Shown here one piece after another: positions 51,179 to 62,101 of a stretch of 64,000 bases of DNA. The translations under genes and the position numbers were made by a program. A model generated the notes under the pieces. That model ran no database searches. It was given only the letters and a program-made list of their open reading frames with translations, and was not told the DNA's origin. The DNA is from an uncultured virus (IMG/VR IMGVR_UViG_3300037067_003438) (lineage: Duplodnaviria > Heunggongvirae > Uroviricota > Caudoviricetes). Location of the stretch: IMG/VR virus record IMGVR_UViG_3300037067_003438; one strand, given 5' to 3'. Within the stretch, counting starts at the first letter, position 1. Every line of letters starts with the position of its first letter.

Positions 51179-51592
51179 TTAAAACCAGATATAGGGAAAT
51201 TTTCCATCAATCATTTGTGCGGGTTTTTCAACCCAACCAAATTTACTATACCAGTCAAAATTTTTAGCTAGTAAGATAGATCGGTGTGCTGAATGAAATT
51301 GTTCGTGACCAAGCCAGTGTGGCATTACAACATCGGAATTATAGGTCCAACGGGTATAAAAGTCAATATGATGGGGATAAAATTTTCCTCGACGGGCAAG
51401 TTCGTCTAATCCACATAAGGCATATTGAGCTAAAGCTGTGTGGTATTTCGCCCACATTTTTGAACATGGATGGTTAGCCCACCCGCCCAAAATCAATGTT
51501 TTACACTCACGATAAATTTGATTACCAAGACGTTTTGGGTCAAGGCAGGCTGTAGAAGTAGCAAAATCGGGATATGGTAAGAAAACCTGCAT
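51179..51592 (-). CDS. Pyrimidine-dimer glycosylase-like (DenV/MSMEG_6728-type) protein
   Basis: MQ.FLPY.DF..A.LD.KRL..Q..E, W.NHP..MW, HRS.LL.K. Confidence 0.75.
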   Translation of the reverse strand: MQVFLPYPDFATSTACLDPKRLGNQIYRECKTLILGGWANHPCSKMWAKYHTALAQYALCGLDELARRGKFYPHHIDFYTRWTYNSDVVMPHWLGHEQFHSAHRSILLAKNFDWYSKFGWVEKPAQMIDGKFPYIWF

Positions 51593-52095
51593 TATACTTT
51601 AACTATAAAACCAAATTGTTTGAAATATTTCTTAAATTTCTTAGTATTCTTACCTATATAAATAAAAGCCTGCCCTTGTAGAGGGGCTGATTTAGTATTG
51701 CCTGGTGCCCAATATCTAATACGTTTAGAGGGAAAGCACATCATTGTGGAAACGGTAATTAAATGTTGAAACCATTTTGTTTCAGTAGCATTGTTGACTA
51801 ATACTATTGCTTCTGAAATATCTTTATTATTTACATGATAAACTAATTTATCAATAAAAAGACCTATTAAGCTACTAGAATAGGGTGGGTTCATCCATAT
51901 ATTACCAAACCAATCTTGTTTTAATCCATCATCAGAAATAGTATAAAATGTATTAGCCTGAACTATTGTATTTGCGTCTACCGACGATGCTGGATCTAAA
52001 TCTATATTACCCATTACCCCTCTAACGGCTTCAATATAAACCGCAGGTGTGTACCACTCATTATTTCCACTATTATGTTTTACGTGTGCTGTCAT
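51592..52095 (-). CDS. Phage DNA N6-adenine methyltransferase
   Basis: EWYTP, IDLDPAS, DGL...W, WMNPPY, TET.WF. Confidence 0.85.
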   Translation of the reverse strand: MTAHVKHNSGNNEWYTPAVYIEAVRGVMGNIDLDPASSVDANTIVQANTFYTISDDGLKQDWFGNIWMNPPYSSSLIGLFIDKLVYHVNNKDISEAIVLVNNATETKWFQHLITVSTMMCFPSKRIRYWAPGNTKSAPLQGQAFIYIGKNTKKFKKYFKQFGFIVKV

Positions 52096-52133
52096 ATTAT
52101 AATAATATATTTTCTATTTTAATAAATATTATT

Positions 52134-52682
52134 TTACTTCTTTTTTAATAATACCTGTTGTTCTAATGTATTTAGTGTATAAATATTAATATTAAAATAA
52201 CCATGATATGCCCAAGACTCTTGAATCAATTTCTCAATAATAGTCCAATCACCACCTGCCCGCAAACTTCCGAACGCCGGACAAATAAATTCAACTTTAT
52301 CCGTTTCACACTTTCGTAATCGGTGTGCCATACGTGCCACCCTATCTATACACTTTGCCAACGCCACATAATGGATAGGATGTGGATTATTAGCACTAAT
52401 CAAACCATCTTGGGCGACCATATTTGCCACGAAAGTATTTGGTTCTACACAAATTATTTGAGATTCACCAAGACAGAAATAAATATCCCGTTCGGGATCA
52501 TAACCATTACGCTCCCAAGCAAGATATTTTTGTTTAGTAATTGGCCATTTATTACCTAGAGGAATTACAAAGCCTCCACCCCATACTCCTATAGAATTGA
52601 CAATATGACAGATAACTATAGGGGATTTGGGCGTAATGGGTAAATCGTCGAATAAATTGCCTATCTTATATTGAATTTTCAT
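52134..52682 (-). CDS. Macrodomain (ADP-ribose binding/hydrolase) protein
   Basis: GNLF, HIVNSIGVWGGGF, VANMVAQ, PAFGSLRAGGDW. Confidence 0.85.
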   Translation of the reverse strand: MKIQYKIGNLFDDLPITPKSPIVICHIVNSIGVWGGGFVIPLGNKWPITKQKYLAWERNGYDPERDIYFCLGESQIICVEPNTFVANMVAQDGLISANNPHPIHYVALAKCIDRVARMAHRLRKCETDKVEFICPAFGSLRAGGDWTIIEKLIQESWAYHGYFNINIYTLNTLEQQVLLKKK

Positions 52683-53646
52683 TAGTTAAAAATCCTTTTT
52701 TTGATGTAACAAATAGGAATTGTATAGAGGTATTACACCTTCTCAACTGGACTTGTCAAGGGTTAATCTTCAAAATTCGTCGTAAAACGGGGGGAAGGGG
52801 GGTGGCGGCGTATGGGGGGTTGGGGGTAAAGACAAATTTGTACAGAAGTATGAAAAGTTATTAAGATAATTTCCCTTAAACACCGCATTTGCTTACGCAA
52901 AAATGTTTTTTTTATATTGTTAACCCGAAAACCCAGATCAAATGATGAATTATTATATAAGTTTACAATTTCACCTTGGGAAAATTACTTTTATAAATAA
53001 TTTACACTTCCCGCTCTGCGACGACCGCAGTTTGTTGGACGGCTTCATGCTATCCTTCTCGCTATGTCTAGCGTAATGCTGGCTTGAATTTAAGTGCGGG
53101 CCAGCACAAATATGCTTTCTCTAATAAATTAGAGCCGATTGCTAATTGTGACACGCAATCAGGGGAAATTTGCAATCCGATGTTTTAGCCCAGAGCTTCG
53201 GTAATCGAACCTGTCTGTACCGTTTGGGAATTAGTATTACTGATAAATCAGGCTCCCTATATAATATTATACAAGTCAACCCCACTGCCTTATAATGGGT
53301 ACTTCCTGTATAATATTTTAATAAATTAATTTTTACAACCTTTTGGCATGTAGTGGGGATACCTATCCCACGCCGCAGCAAATGCCTTAGCCTTCTCGCT
53401 TTTCTTGCGGGCACGCTCTTTTAGAGCTTTATTACGCAAAATACATTGCCCGCAGATAGGTTTGCCATTGGCGTTGGTGTATTTACCACGATAACGCTTA
53501 CACCAATCACATAAAATTTTATCTTCCATACCTTTATTATACACCAAATCTGACAAAGGAGACAGATTTTTCTGTGTAAAACTTGTGTAAAACCTTGTAA
53601 AATTCTCCTAACCACTACATATAGTATGTGCGTATTTTTACACACA

Positions 53647-54318
53647 CTACCTATTGTGCTTTGGGTTTGCTGCTATAAATCGTGTTACTATTTTATTTAG
53701 CGTCACATATTTATTTGTTCCAGGAAATTTAACCAATTCCAATCCCCCGGTATTTGTTTGAGTTAGCATTAATACTTCATGAACAACTGAATTTGTTGGG
53801 ATACGTAATTCTACTACGAAATAATTTCCACCTCCCGTGCGAAGAAAATCCGATCTTATTCCACTAATTGTCTCTACTGCATTTACTATTGTATGGTTAA
53901 ATCTTATATCATTTTTAGGACCCCTCGTAATATTCATTGCAAAATTAGATTTGGACGATTCAGAAGCGTCCCAATGTTGCTTAAAATTTGGGTCATCTTC
54001 AGAAATAAAATCCTCGGTCCATAAAGATTCGTTCTTTTTAATAATAGCCGCTAATTTTTCCGCGTTTTCTTTACGGTTTTTTGCTATTGTGAATTTTATA
54101 TAGTCTTGATCTTCTTTAGAGAATTTTTCCCATAAATATGTTTTATTCTTTTTAACACCTTTAATTGATAGAACTACTTTACCGTTTTCGTCTGCACCAA
54201 CAAGAGTTGCTATTGGATGTAGATCATTTTTAGCGTCCAGTTTAATAGTCCATTTTCGCTCTTGGGCAAACAAATTAGTTGAAAAAATAATAATAAACAG
54301 GAAATAGATTAATTTCAT
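53647..54318 (-). CDS. Secreted protein with SHD1-like N-terminal domain
   Basis: Signal peptide, RKWT...ATLVG....V.L......FSKEDQDYI. Confidence 0.55.
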   Translation of the reverse strand: MKLIYFLFIIIFSTNLFAQERKWTIKLDAKNDLHPIATLVGADENGKVVLSIKGVKKNKTYLWEKFSKEDQDYIKFTIAKNRKENAEKLAAIIKKNESLWTEDFISEDDPNFKQHWDASESSKSNFAMNITRGPKNDIRFNHTIVNAVETISGIRSDFLRTGGGNYFVVELRIPTNSVVHEVLMLTQTNTGGLELVKFPGTNKYVTLNKIVTRFIAANPKHNR

Positions 54319-54919
54319 TTTATTAATCTCCCAATGTATTCACAAAATTTTCCCCAGGCTATTATAGCATTAACAACTACCCAAAACGGGAAAACTAATG
54401 GGGAGAATATAAACATCATTCCTTTTGTTTGATAATCATCATTGTAGAAGTCATTAGATTTCAAAATATACCACATCATTATATAAGAGCAAATCATATA
54501 GATGATTATACTAATGATTATAGTCATAAAATTTTCCTAATTAATTGCCATAAATACCCGATTAACCAACCGAAAATTGCTACATATCCTAATAACAATT
54601 CGGTAATATAGCATACTTCACAACCTAAAAGCATATCATTCCTCCTCGTCCTCATCATCTTCTTCGATGTAATCTAGTGGGTTATATCCAACTGGAATTA
54701 ATTTATAATATTGTGCGTTGGTAATAAAACCTTGATCGTCTGTTAAAGTCTCTAAATTATCCCAGGATAAATCGCAATATACTTCGGAATATTTACCCAA
54801 TATGCTTCCAAAATAAATATGCTTACCAATATTAGCTTCAATATCACGTTCGTCTGCATCGAAAATACCTACAACCCATCCCTCTCGATAACAATCTAAG
54901 ACAAATTTATATATTTTCA

Positions 54920-56581
54920 TCACGATAATGTTTCCCTTTTCATTCTCCAAATTGGGATTGTGGTTATTACTAAAGTCATTAAATATACTAAGGCTTGAGT
55001 TAACACCCATCCTGTCTTTATCTTATCCCGAATTTTGAGTTTTGTCAACTGCCATTTTGACAGGTTGGTGGATTCTGGTTTTCGATCCCACATATCAAAT
55101 ATTTTACCCTGCCCAAGCAGCAGGGGGTGTGTTTTAAGCCTTGGGGCAATCCAGAAGCCCATTGCCATAAATAATGCTGGGAACCACCTATTGAGCAAGC
55201 ACAATCGTTTGAGCCTGGGTATCTGGTACCGTAGGCTATTGGACACCCTCCAGCACTCCCAATAACTTTTTTCTATTTCTTTTCTGGACATATTTGGGTG
55301 ATCTAATACTGGATAGGACGAATCACCCGAATTAATTTCACCCCATAGAATAGTTTTACCATCATTTCTAATTTTGGATTGTAGTGGGCTCCCAAGGGCG
55401 GGACTTAATACCGTAAATAATGGCCAGAATCCATCCTGACATAGTTGATTAACTTCTTCCTGGATAATTTTGGGGGTATGATGTGGTAAGCCAACCATTA
55501 TTGAACCAAGGGGAACGATTTCTTTTTCCCACAATTTATCGCATAATTCTTTATATTCTTTAGGATTGTTATTAAATTTACCTATAGTTTTTAATCCCGC
55601 TTGATTAGTTGTCTCAACCCCAATAAATAGGTGGGCGACACCAGCCTTTTGACATAAATCTAAAAATTCTGGAATTTTATAGCATTGTGTGTCGGCTTGT
55701 AATGAAAGGCTAATATCATAGAAATTTCTATAATGAGCCAACATTTTTAAAAATGCGGAACAATTTTCACTTCTAGCACCATTATCTCCAACGGGAAACA
55801 ATATATTGGGTTTTTTAACACTTAAATTATTAAATAAATATATGCGTATTTTTTCTATATTTCTAACTCTAGTTTTTGAACCGCTTAAACTTCCAATCCC
55901 ACAAAATTGACATCCCTTTCCAGCCTCCCAAAATGGGCAGCCAGATTGTTGATCGAAAGAAATGGTGTCAACAGTATACCCCTTATGTGGTTTGAATTTG
56001 GGAATTTCGGTTTTATTTAAATCTTCCCATCCACCCTCATATAAATGATAATAATTTTCCTCTAAAATATTTTTCAAACATTCGCCATATTTATCGCTAT
56101 ACGCATCACCATGATAAAGAATAAAATCCTCGTTCCTAAATTTCTCTAATTCATCGGTGATTTTTCCTGGATGGGGACTACCAGCGGGCACGCCATCTAG
56201 CATTTCTGCCAATGTCTCATTTACGTGTGGACCCCCAATTATACAGGTCGCCCCTAATTTCTGCCATCTAGACATTGTATCAAATGAAAAGGGAATTTGA
56301 TAGCTCATAACTCCACACATAACCAGAATAATTTTCGTATTCGGACCATGGTTTTGTTGTTCTAATTTATGTAGTATATCGGCGTCGGATTTGAGTTGTA
56401 AATTTAATTTATATACTTCGTGCGGAATATTTAATTTTGTTAGATTTTTCTCTGTTAAATCTTCCATTACGTCTAAAACATAGGGTGGCATAAACAAGCC
56501 ACCCTTAAATCTTCGCGCAAATCCGTTGTCATCATAACCAGTAGGATAAGCGACAACCGCTAAAACATTAGTATATTCCAT
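54920..56581 (-). CDS. B12-binding radical SAM protein
   Basis: IIGGPH cobalamin domain, GCPFWEAGKGCQFC, GDN, FIGVET, MVGLP. Confidence 0.8.
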   Translation of the reverse strand: MEYTNVLAVVAYPTGYDDNGFARRFKGGLFMPPYVLDVMEDLTEKNLTKLNIPHEVYKLNLQLKSDADILHKLEQQNHGPNTKIILVMCGVMSYQIPFSFDTMSRWQKLGATCIIGGPHVNETLAEMLDGVPAGSPHPGKITDELEKFRNEDFILYHGDAYSDKYGECLKNILEENYYHLYEGGWEDLNKTEIPKFKPHKGYTVDTISFDQQSGCPFWEAGKGCQFCGIGSLSGSKTRVRNIEKIRIYLFNNLSVKKPNILFPVGDNGARSENCSAFLKMLAHYRNFYDISLSLQADTQCYKIPEFLDLCQKAGVAHLFIGVETTNQAGLKTIGKFNNNPKEYKELCDKLWEKEIVPLGSIMVGLPHHTPKIIQEEVNQLCQDGFWPLFTVLSPALGSPLQSKIRNDGKTILWGEINSGDSSYPVLDHPNMSRKEIEKSYWECWRVSNSLRYQIPRLKRLCLLNRWFPALFMAMGFWIAPRLKTHPLLLGQGKIFDMWDRKPESTNLSKWQLTKLKIRDKIKTGWVLTQALVYLMTLVITTIPIWRMKRETLS

Positions 56582-57341
56582 TATTCAATTCTTTCCATTG
56601 GGGCGTCCCAGTATAACCAATCTGGGAGTTTGGGGCCAATAATTTGGTGATATTCGTGGTCAATTTGGGTAATTTCTACGATCTTGCCGACAGGCAATTT
56701 TACTATCTCGCAAAGTGTAAAACAGGAAATAGGTTTGGTTAATCTATATTTTCCGGGTTTATCAATAATCATACGACAGATTTTCTATAATTACTTAGTC
56801 AAATTATGTATATAATTATTATGCAAATTTACTAAAATCATCACCAATCAACAATAAACGTTTTTCTTCAATAGCACTCTTTATACATTTATCACAAACA
56901 CTAATAATAAATGAAGAAAGATCAAAATCAGAACCATAACCAGGAATAAATTCGTGTACTCCTGCCCCGTCCCACGCATCGGAAATAGGATCGGTATTAA
57001 TACCCAATTCATCTTCGTATAAATGTTTAATTTTTTTACCACAACATATACATTTAGGTTTTAATTTCATAAATTTCATCTACAGTATTGGATCAAAATA
57101 ACTACAATATTTATTTGCTAAATCAATTATATTAGATAACATTCCATAATATTAAATTGTTCAAATTCACGAACCATATTACCATTATTGTCATATATAC
57201 CGTTTAATGTAACAATACATTTTACATCGCTATCCCACCCTCGTGTACATAAATCTTCATAATCTATATCGTCATTATATTTCTTTAAAAGTTTGTTGAA
57301 ATCTTTTAGAAACTGTTTTTTAAGTAAATTATATGGATTTA

Positions 57342-57746
57342 TCACATCATACCTTTTGTGTTAGCTAGGGTAAAGTGGAATGTATGGCGGAATCCGGGTG
57401 GGGGCTGGTGAAATTTTTGGTGTAATTCTAACCCTAATTCCTGTCTAATATTTTCTAATTCTACAGAAAAACAGTCCATATAGAAATATACACCGTCTTG
57501 ATAAATTAGAGGGCTATAATTAAACCCGACTTTTTTACCTTCGTGTACCTTCCAAAATCTAAAATTTGGTTTTTCTTTGCCCGTTCGCATGATAGTAATG
57601 TGGGGTGGGTAAGCCTGGCTATTGTGTGGAACATATTTAGGAATAAAATGTTGATAATATCTGGCAATTTCGCGGTCTATTAGACAGACTACTTTAGGAA
57701 AAGCGTCATATTGATAAGAGATTGTACCAATAGAGTGATATAACAT
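57342..57746 (-). CDS. 2H phosphoesterase
   Basis: Two HxT motifs: PPHITI and FHFTL. Confidence 0.7.
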   Translation of the reverse strand: MLYHSIGTISYQYDAFPKVVCLIDREIARYYQHFIPKYVPHNSQAYPPHITIMRTGKEKPNFRFWKVHEGKKVGFNYSPLIYQDGVYFYMDCFSVELENIRQELGLELHQKFHQPPPGFRHTFHFTLANTKGMM

Positions 57747-57992
57747 TAGTTAAAAAAGAATGAAAAAGTTTCTCTAATAATTTTCATACTAACCTCTTCA
57801 CAAATCAACCATTTAATCCACGCCAGCGGGAAAAAACACCAATCTACAATAGCCCAAAAAAGACTTTGGTGAATATGGTAGCCAATCATACTAGTGATTG
57901 TTGCCATAATAATTGCCATTAAATTGTAAAATGGATGGTAGATCTTGACTAATTGGATTTGTTTATCTGTCATAATAATTCCTAAATAATTT

Positions 57993-58346
57993 CTAAAAAA
58001 TAATAGTACCCCATTCATTATTTGAAATAGTATAATAACACCGTTTAACCGAATAACGACGCATTTTCTTCTCACAATCACCACATGGTTTTGCTAACAC
58101 ATACTGTCCCGCCCTATTTACACGCACAACATAAATAGTGGAATTAGAAGTAGCCTTATTGAGTACTCTCGATTCGGCATGGGCGTTAGGATTTGGAGAC
58201 TGTGTAGGTAAATTAGAAGCAGCAACCAAGGTTCCATCTCTCCGAATACATACCGCTGCCACACGGTACTGTCTAGTTATATCGCCACGCTCGGGCATTT
58301 CTGCTAATTGTTTAGCAATCTTGAAATATTTTTTTATTTTATTCAT
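57993..58346 (-). CDS. Zinc-dependent cytidine-deaminase-fold protein (start moved to MNKIKK)
   Basis: HAE and PCGDC motifs. Confidence 0.8.
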   Translation of the reverse strand: MNKIKKYFKIAKQLAEMPERGDITRQYRVAAVCIRRDGTLVAASNLPTQSPNPNAHAESRVLNKATSNSTIYVVRVNRAGQYVLAKPCGDCEKKMRRYSVKRCYYTISNNEWGTIIF

Positions 58347-58449
58347 GGCTACGCAATAAAAATATAACACAGAGGTAAGTGGATTTCCTCGCCCTTCCAC
58401 AGAGCCGCATTTTCGGATGCGTCCTAGTTATATATATTCATTAAAAAAA

Positions 58450-58576
58450 TCATTCACCGTCTATAATCAATACCTGCCCACTCAACTTTACGCCTTTGCA
58501 GGCTGTGATTTACACCACTTTTGAGCAACACCCTTATAGTTCATATAGACCCGTTAGGGCTATCGGTTGTGAATGA
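58450..58576 (-). ncRNA. Putative stand-alone small RNA
   Basis: Promoter TTGACC-16-TATAAT at 58586..58613, closing stem UCAUUCAC/GUGAAUGA, U7 tail, no ORF. Confidence 0.55.
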
Positions 58577-60723
58577 CTAATATAGATTATACATTCTTCA
58601 ATAGATCGGTCAAGGTGGAATTCCAGGTTCCCACTCATAATCATCATTTTTTAAATCTTTTTTCAATTGTTTTAAATTAACACCTAGAGATTCTATTACC
58701 CGTTCTAAATACCATTGTTTATGAGAATCCCCATCAACCATTAATCCTTCAATAGCGTAATTTAGTGCTTTATCTGGACCGTTTTTGGCATTTTGGTTAG
58801 TTCTGGTTCACCAACATTATATTTTTCTGCTAAATTTTCTCTCATAATTTTTTTGTTATTTCCTGATATAAAATGTAATATTCATCAATCCATTCTTTTG
58901 GTACCATTATATCCGCTTCTAAATATCGTAGAATTGCTTGACATAATTCGCGGAATCGTATTTCCTGCCAAATCTTTTTAGGTATAATACCTATTGGTGG
59001 TTTTCTATCATTATTCATATATAATACTTCTATATAACATTTCTATATAATATTTATATTTTGTGAAAATAGTTAGTTGTTTCTACCCTTTTATTACTAA
59101 CATTACCTGCTGAACTTATCCGGGTTTACATCTATTTATCATAGACACGTATAATAATAGACTTCAAGGGTACAGGCGTGCAACCCCAAAGGGTTAAATC
59201 CTGAAGATATTCTCTAATTGTTCACTGGTTGGATCATCATAATAAATACTACGGTGTAACAGTGTTAAAGTACCATTTTTATTGATATCTAGAGATTGAA
59301 CAGTACCATCTTTTAATGGAATACCAATGCGGGCAAGATGTTTATAACAATTTGTATCGACTGTTAATAGATTTTTCTTGACAGGCTTAGGTAGTTTGTA
59401 TGCGATAATTACATCGTTATCTGTATATGTTTGATAGCCATCTTCCTGTAATTGACTAATAAAATAGGGAAAATTAAAGTGTGTCGGAAAATCTTTTTTC
59501 ACAAACTTTTTACTATCAATTAGGGTAAATGCCATACCCTTCATCTTAGTGGGAATGAATTGTCTGGGCTCACACTTGTCTAAATCAAACATAGGCAAGC
59601 CACTGGAATTTATAAACTGTCGATCTTCTAAGACAATAGCACGTCTTGTTGCCCCGTACTCGCCTCCACCCAGATACTCAAAACTAATCACATCATACTT
59701 TGAAAACGTTTTCATAACAATTCCTTTCTATTACATTGTTTTACTTTATGATAATTTCAACTTTATTCTTCTAATTTAATTAGTTCATCCCACTCTTGTG
59801 TATTACGATGTAATCTACAATCCCACATAGCTTTTAGGCAACGACGCAATGACTCTACTGCTGGACCCTGTTGGTTATTTAAGAATGCTAATTCACCCGC
59901 ATATTTATATAGGGTGGGTGCTGCCCAATACGATATAGGAAGATAATATGCCAAACCAAGATTTGTAAACATTTCAATTTCTTTAGCGGAATATTTATCC
60001 ATTATTTCTTTTCTTTCTACGCAATGCCCGCAAAATATCTTGTAATTTCCTTAATACCGGAACGGGTTTATGTTTGCGTATTTTGTACTTTGGTATATCC
60101 ATTACAATTATCCAACCAAACGGGATCGAATGTGATAGGAAAAATAAACCAACCCATCTTAATTCCGTGGGCGTTTCCTCGAATACCTAGTTCTGCGGGT
60201 GGATTAAATACCGCCAACCACTTATTTTTTATACTTGGGTGGGAACACTCACTATGGCAATCACCAGGAATATTTCGACGATATTGACATGTATAACAAT
60301 CAAAAGTTTTAGTGGTCATTTATTTATCCTTGAAATAGCGTTCTGCCCTAACCTTCATTTGCTGCATTAATTTTTCATAGGCATCTAGATATTCAACAGG
60401 CAGCCCAATTTCTTCACTGGTTTTAGGGCTCGTATGTCGCAGCGGGATATTATACATAGCCCTGCCTTTTGCAACCTCGACTGCCCTACTCTTCGAGAAC
60501 CTATCTTTAATATTACATTTGCTCCACCCAATCATATCTTTGTTTAGGCATACGATACACCCAACGGGATGACGAGAAATTTCATAATCCAAATTACACG
60601 TTTCTGGATAAACATCTTGAATACGCACATACCTAACCAGCATTTTTTGTTCAGCCATTGTCAAACCCCTTGTAATGATGGGATTGTATTATCCCGAGTA
60701 AAATGTTAAATAACACTAAACAA

Positions 60724-60796
60724 TTGGGCAGGATGGAATCGGACCATCGACAGGCAACTTATAAGATTGCAACTCTAACCACTGAGCTACTGCCCA
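60724..60796 (-). tRNA. tRNA-Ile(UAU)
   Basis: Acceptor UGGGCAG/CUGCCCA plus A73, D arm GCUC/GAGU, anticodon stem GCAAU/GUUGC with loop CUUAUAA, T loop UCCGAUU. Confidence 0.85.
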
Positions 60797-62101
60797 TTAT
60801 ACATTTTCACCAACACTTGTCAAGCATTTTCTGGGGGAATATCTTGAATTACATCCAATACATTTTTTACATATAAAGTTTTTGATAAATGATGATCTTT
60901 CGTACCAATACCCATACTGTTAATATGTCCATAAATAGTGCTGGATAATGCACATATATTAGTATTACAATTCCCACCAACTTTTCCACAAATATATTTG
61001 AGAATACGGGTTTCTTCCACGGTGAGTTCTAGTGTAACACCAGTGATAGTTTCAACAATTTTTTTAATAGGTGTAATTTTCATCAGATATTCCTTAATTT
61101 AACTTCTTCTGTTGGTGGCAAATCTTTAATTATATACATATCTTTGTCTATATAATCACTATAGTACAACTTCCAGTCTAATTGTCCAACACCAAGATTA
61201 TCAATTTGATTATATAAATTTGTTAATAATTCCCGCATATTTGTATTTGGATTTCCATCAACACGTCTAACAACAAATTTTAACATGCGTAATTCTTCTG
61301 GGGATAATTCAAGATTATATCCATCGACAACTTCTATAATTTTAGTATTTTTTGTAATCTTTATATAATATTTCCATTAATTAATATAAAATGCGTCTTT
61401 AAAGGTCAACCACAAGACAAATCCGGCTAATATCAGTATGATGAAATGTCTAAACAACATTGGTTTTTAATCCTTATTTAGCGTTAAATTACCAATTAAT
61501 TTCTTAACATATTTTGAATTTAAGAATGTATAACCATAATAATCCCTTTCTCCGTAAACCTCTTCCCCTTTACGGTAAATTGCACTATAAAGAGATCGTT
61601 CTGGACCCGAGCCACCAATTTTTCCACAAACAGCAGCTAGGGCTAGTAATTCCTCTTTAGATAGCGTAATAACATAATCGGTAGAGGTGGTTTTGACTAT
61701 TTTTTCAACAACGGTTTGCTTTTCTTCAATTTTCATGGTTTTTGGTTTGGTATCATTGTTTACTGAAACTGGTTCTGGGGGTGGTGCAACTGGACTATAA
61801 TATGGTGTAGCGTGTGAGTGATATTTTAGAAATTTTGTAGATGTATAGACTACTTCGTTAGTATATAGATCTAATACAATAACATCATTAAATCTATCTT
61901 TAACGATCAGGGGGAATGGGGTAATAGGGAGATTTCCACCAAATGCGTAAATTTGTACTAGGTGCCATGAATTATAATTATATCGAAAGTCATGCTCTAC
62001 TAATTCACCATTGACATATTTACACGCTTGGGAGTTATCGCGGATTGTACAGATATCACCAATTGCTAAATCGTGTTCATTCCTCATTATAATTTCCTTT
62101 C

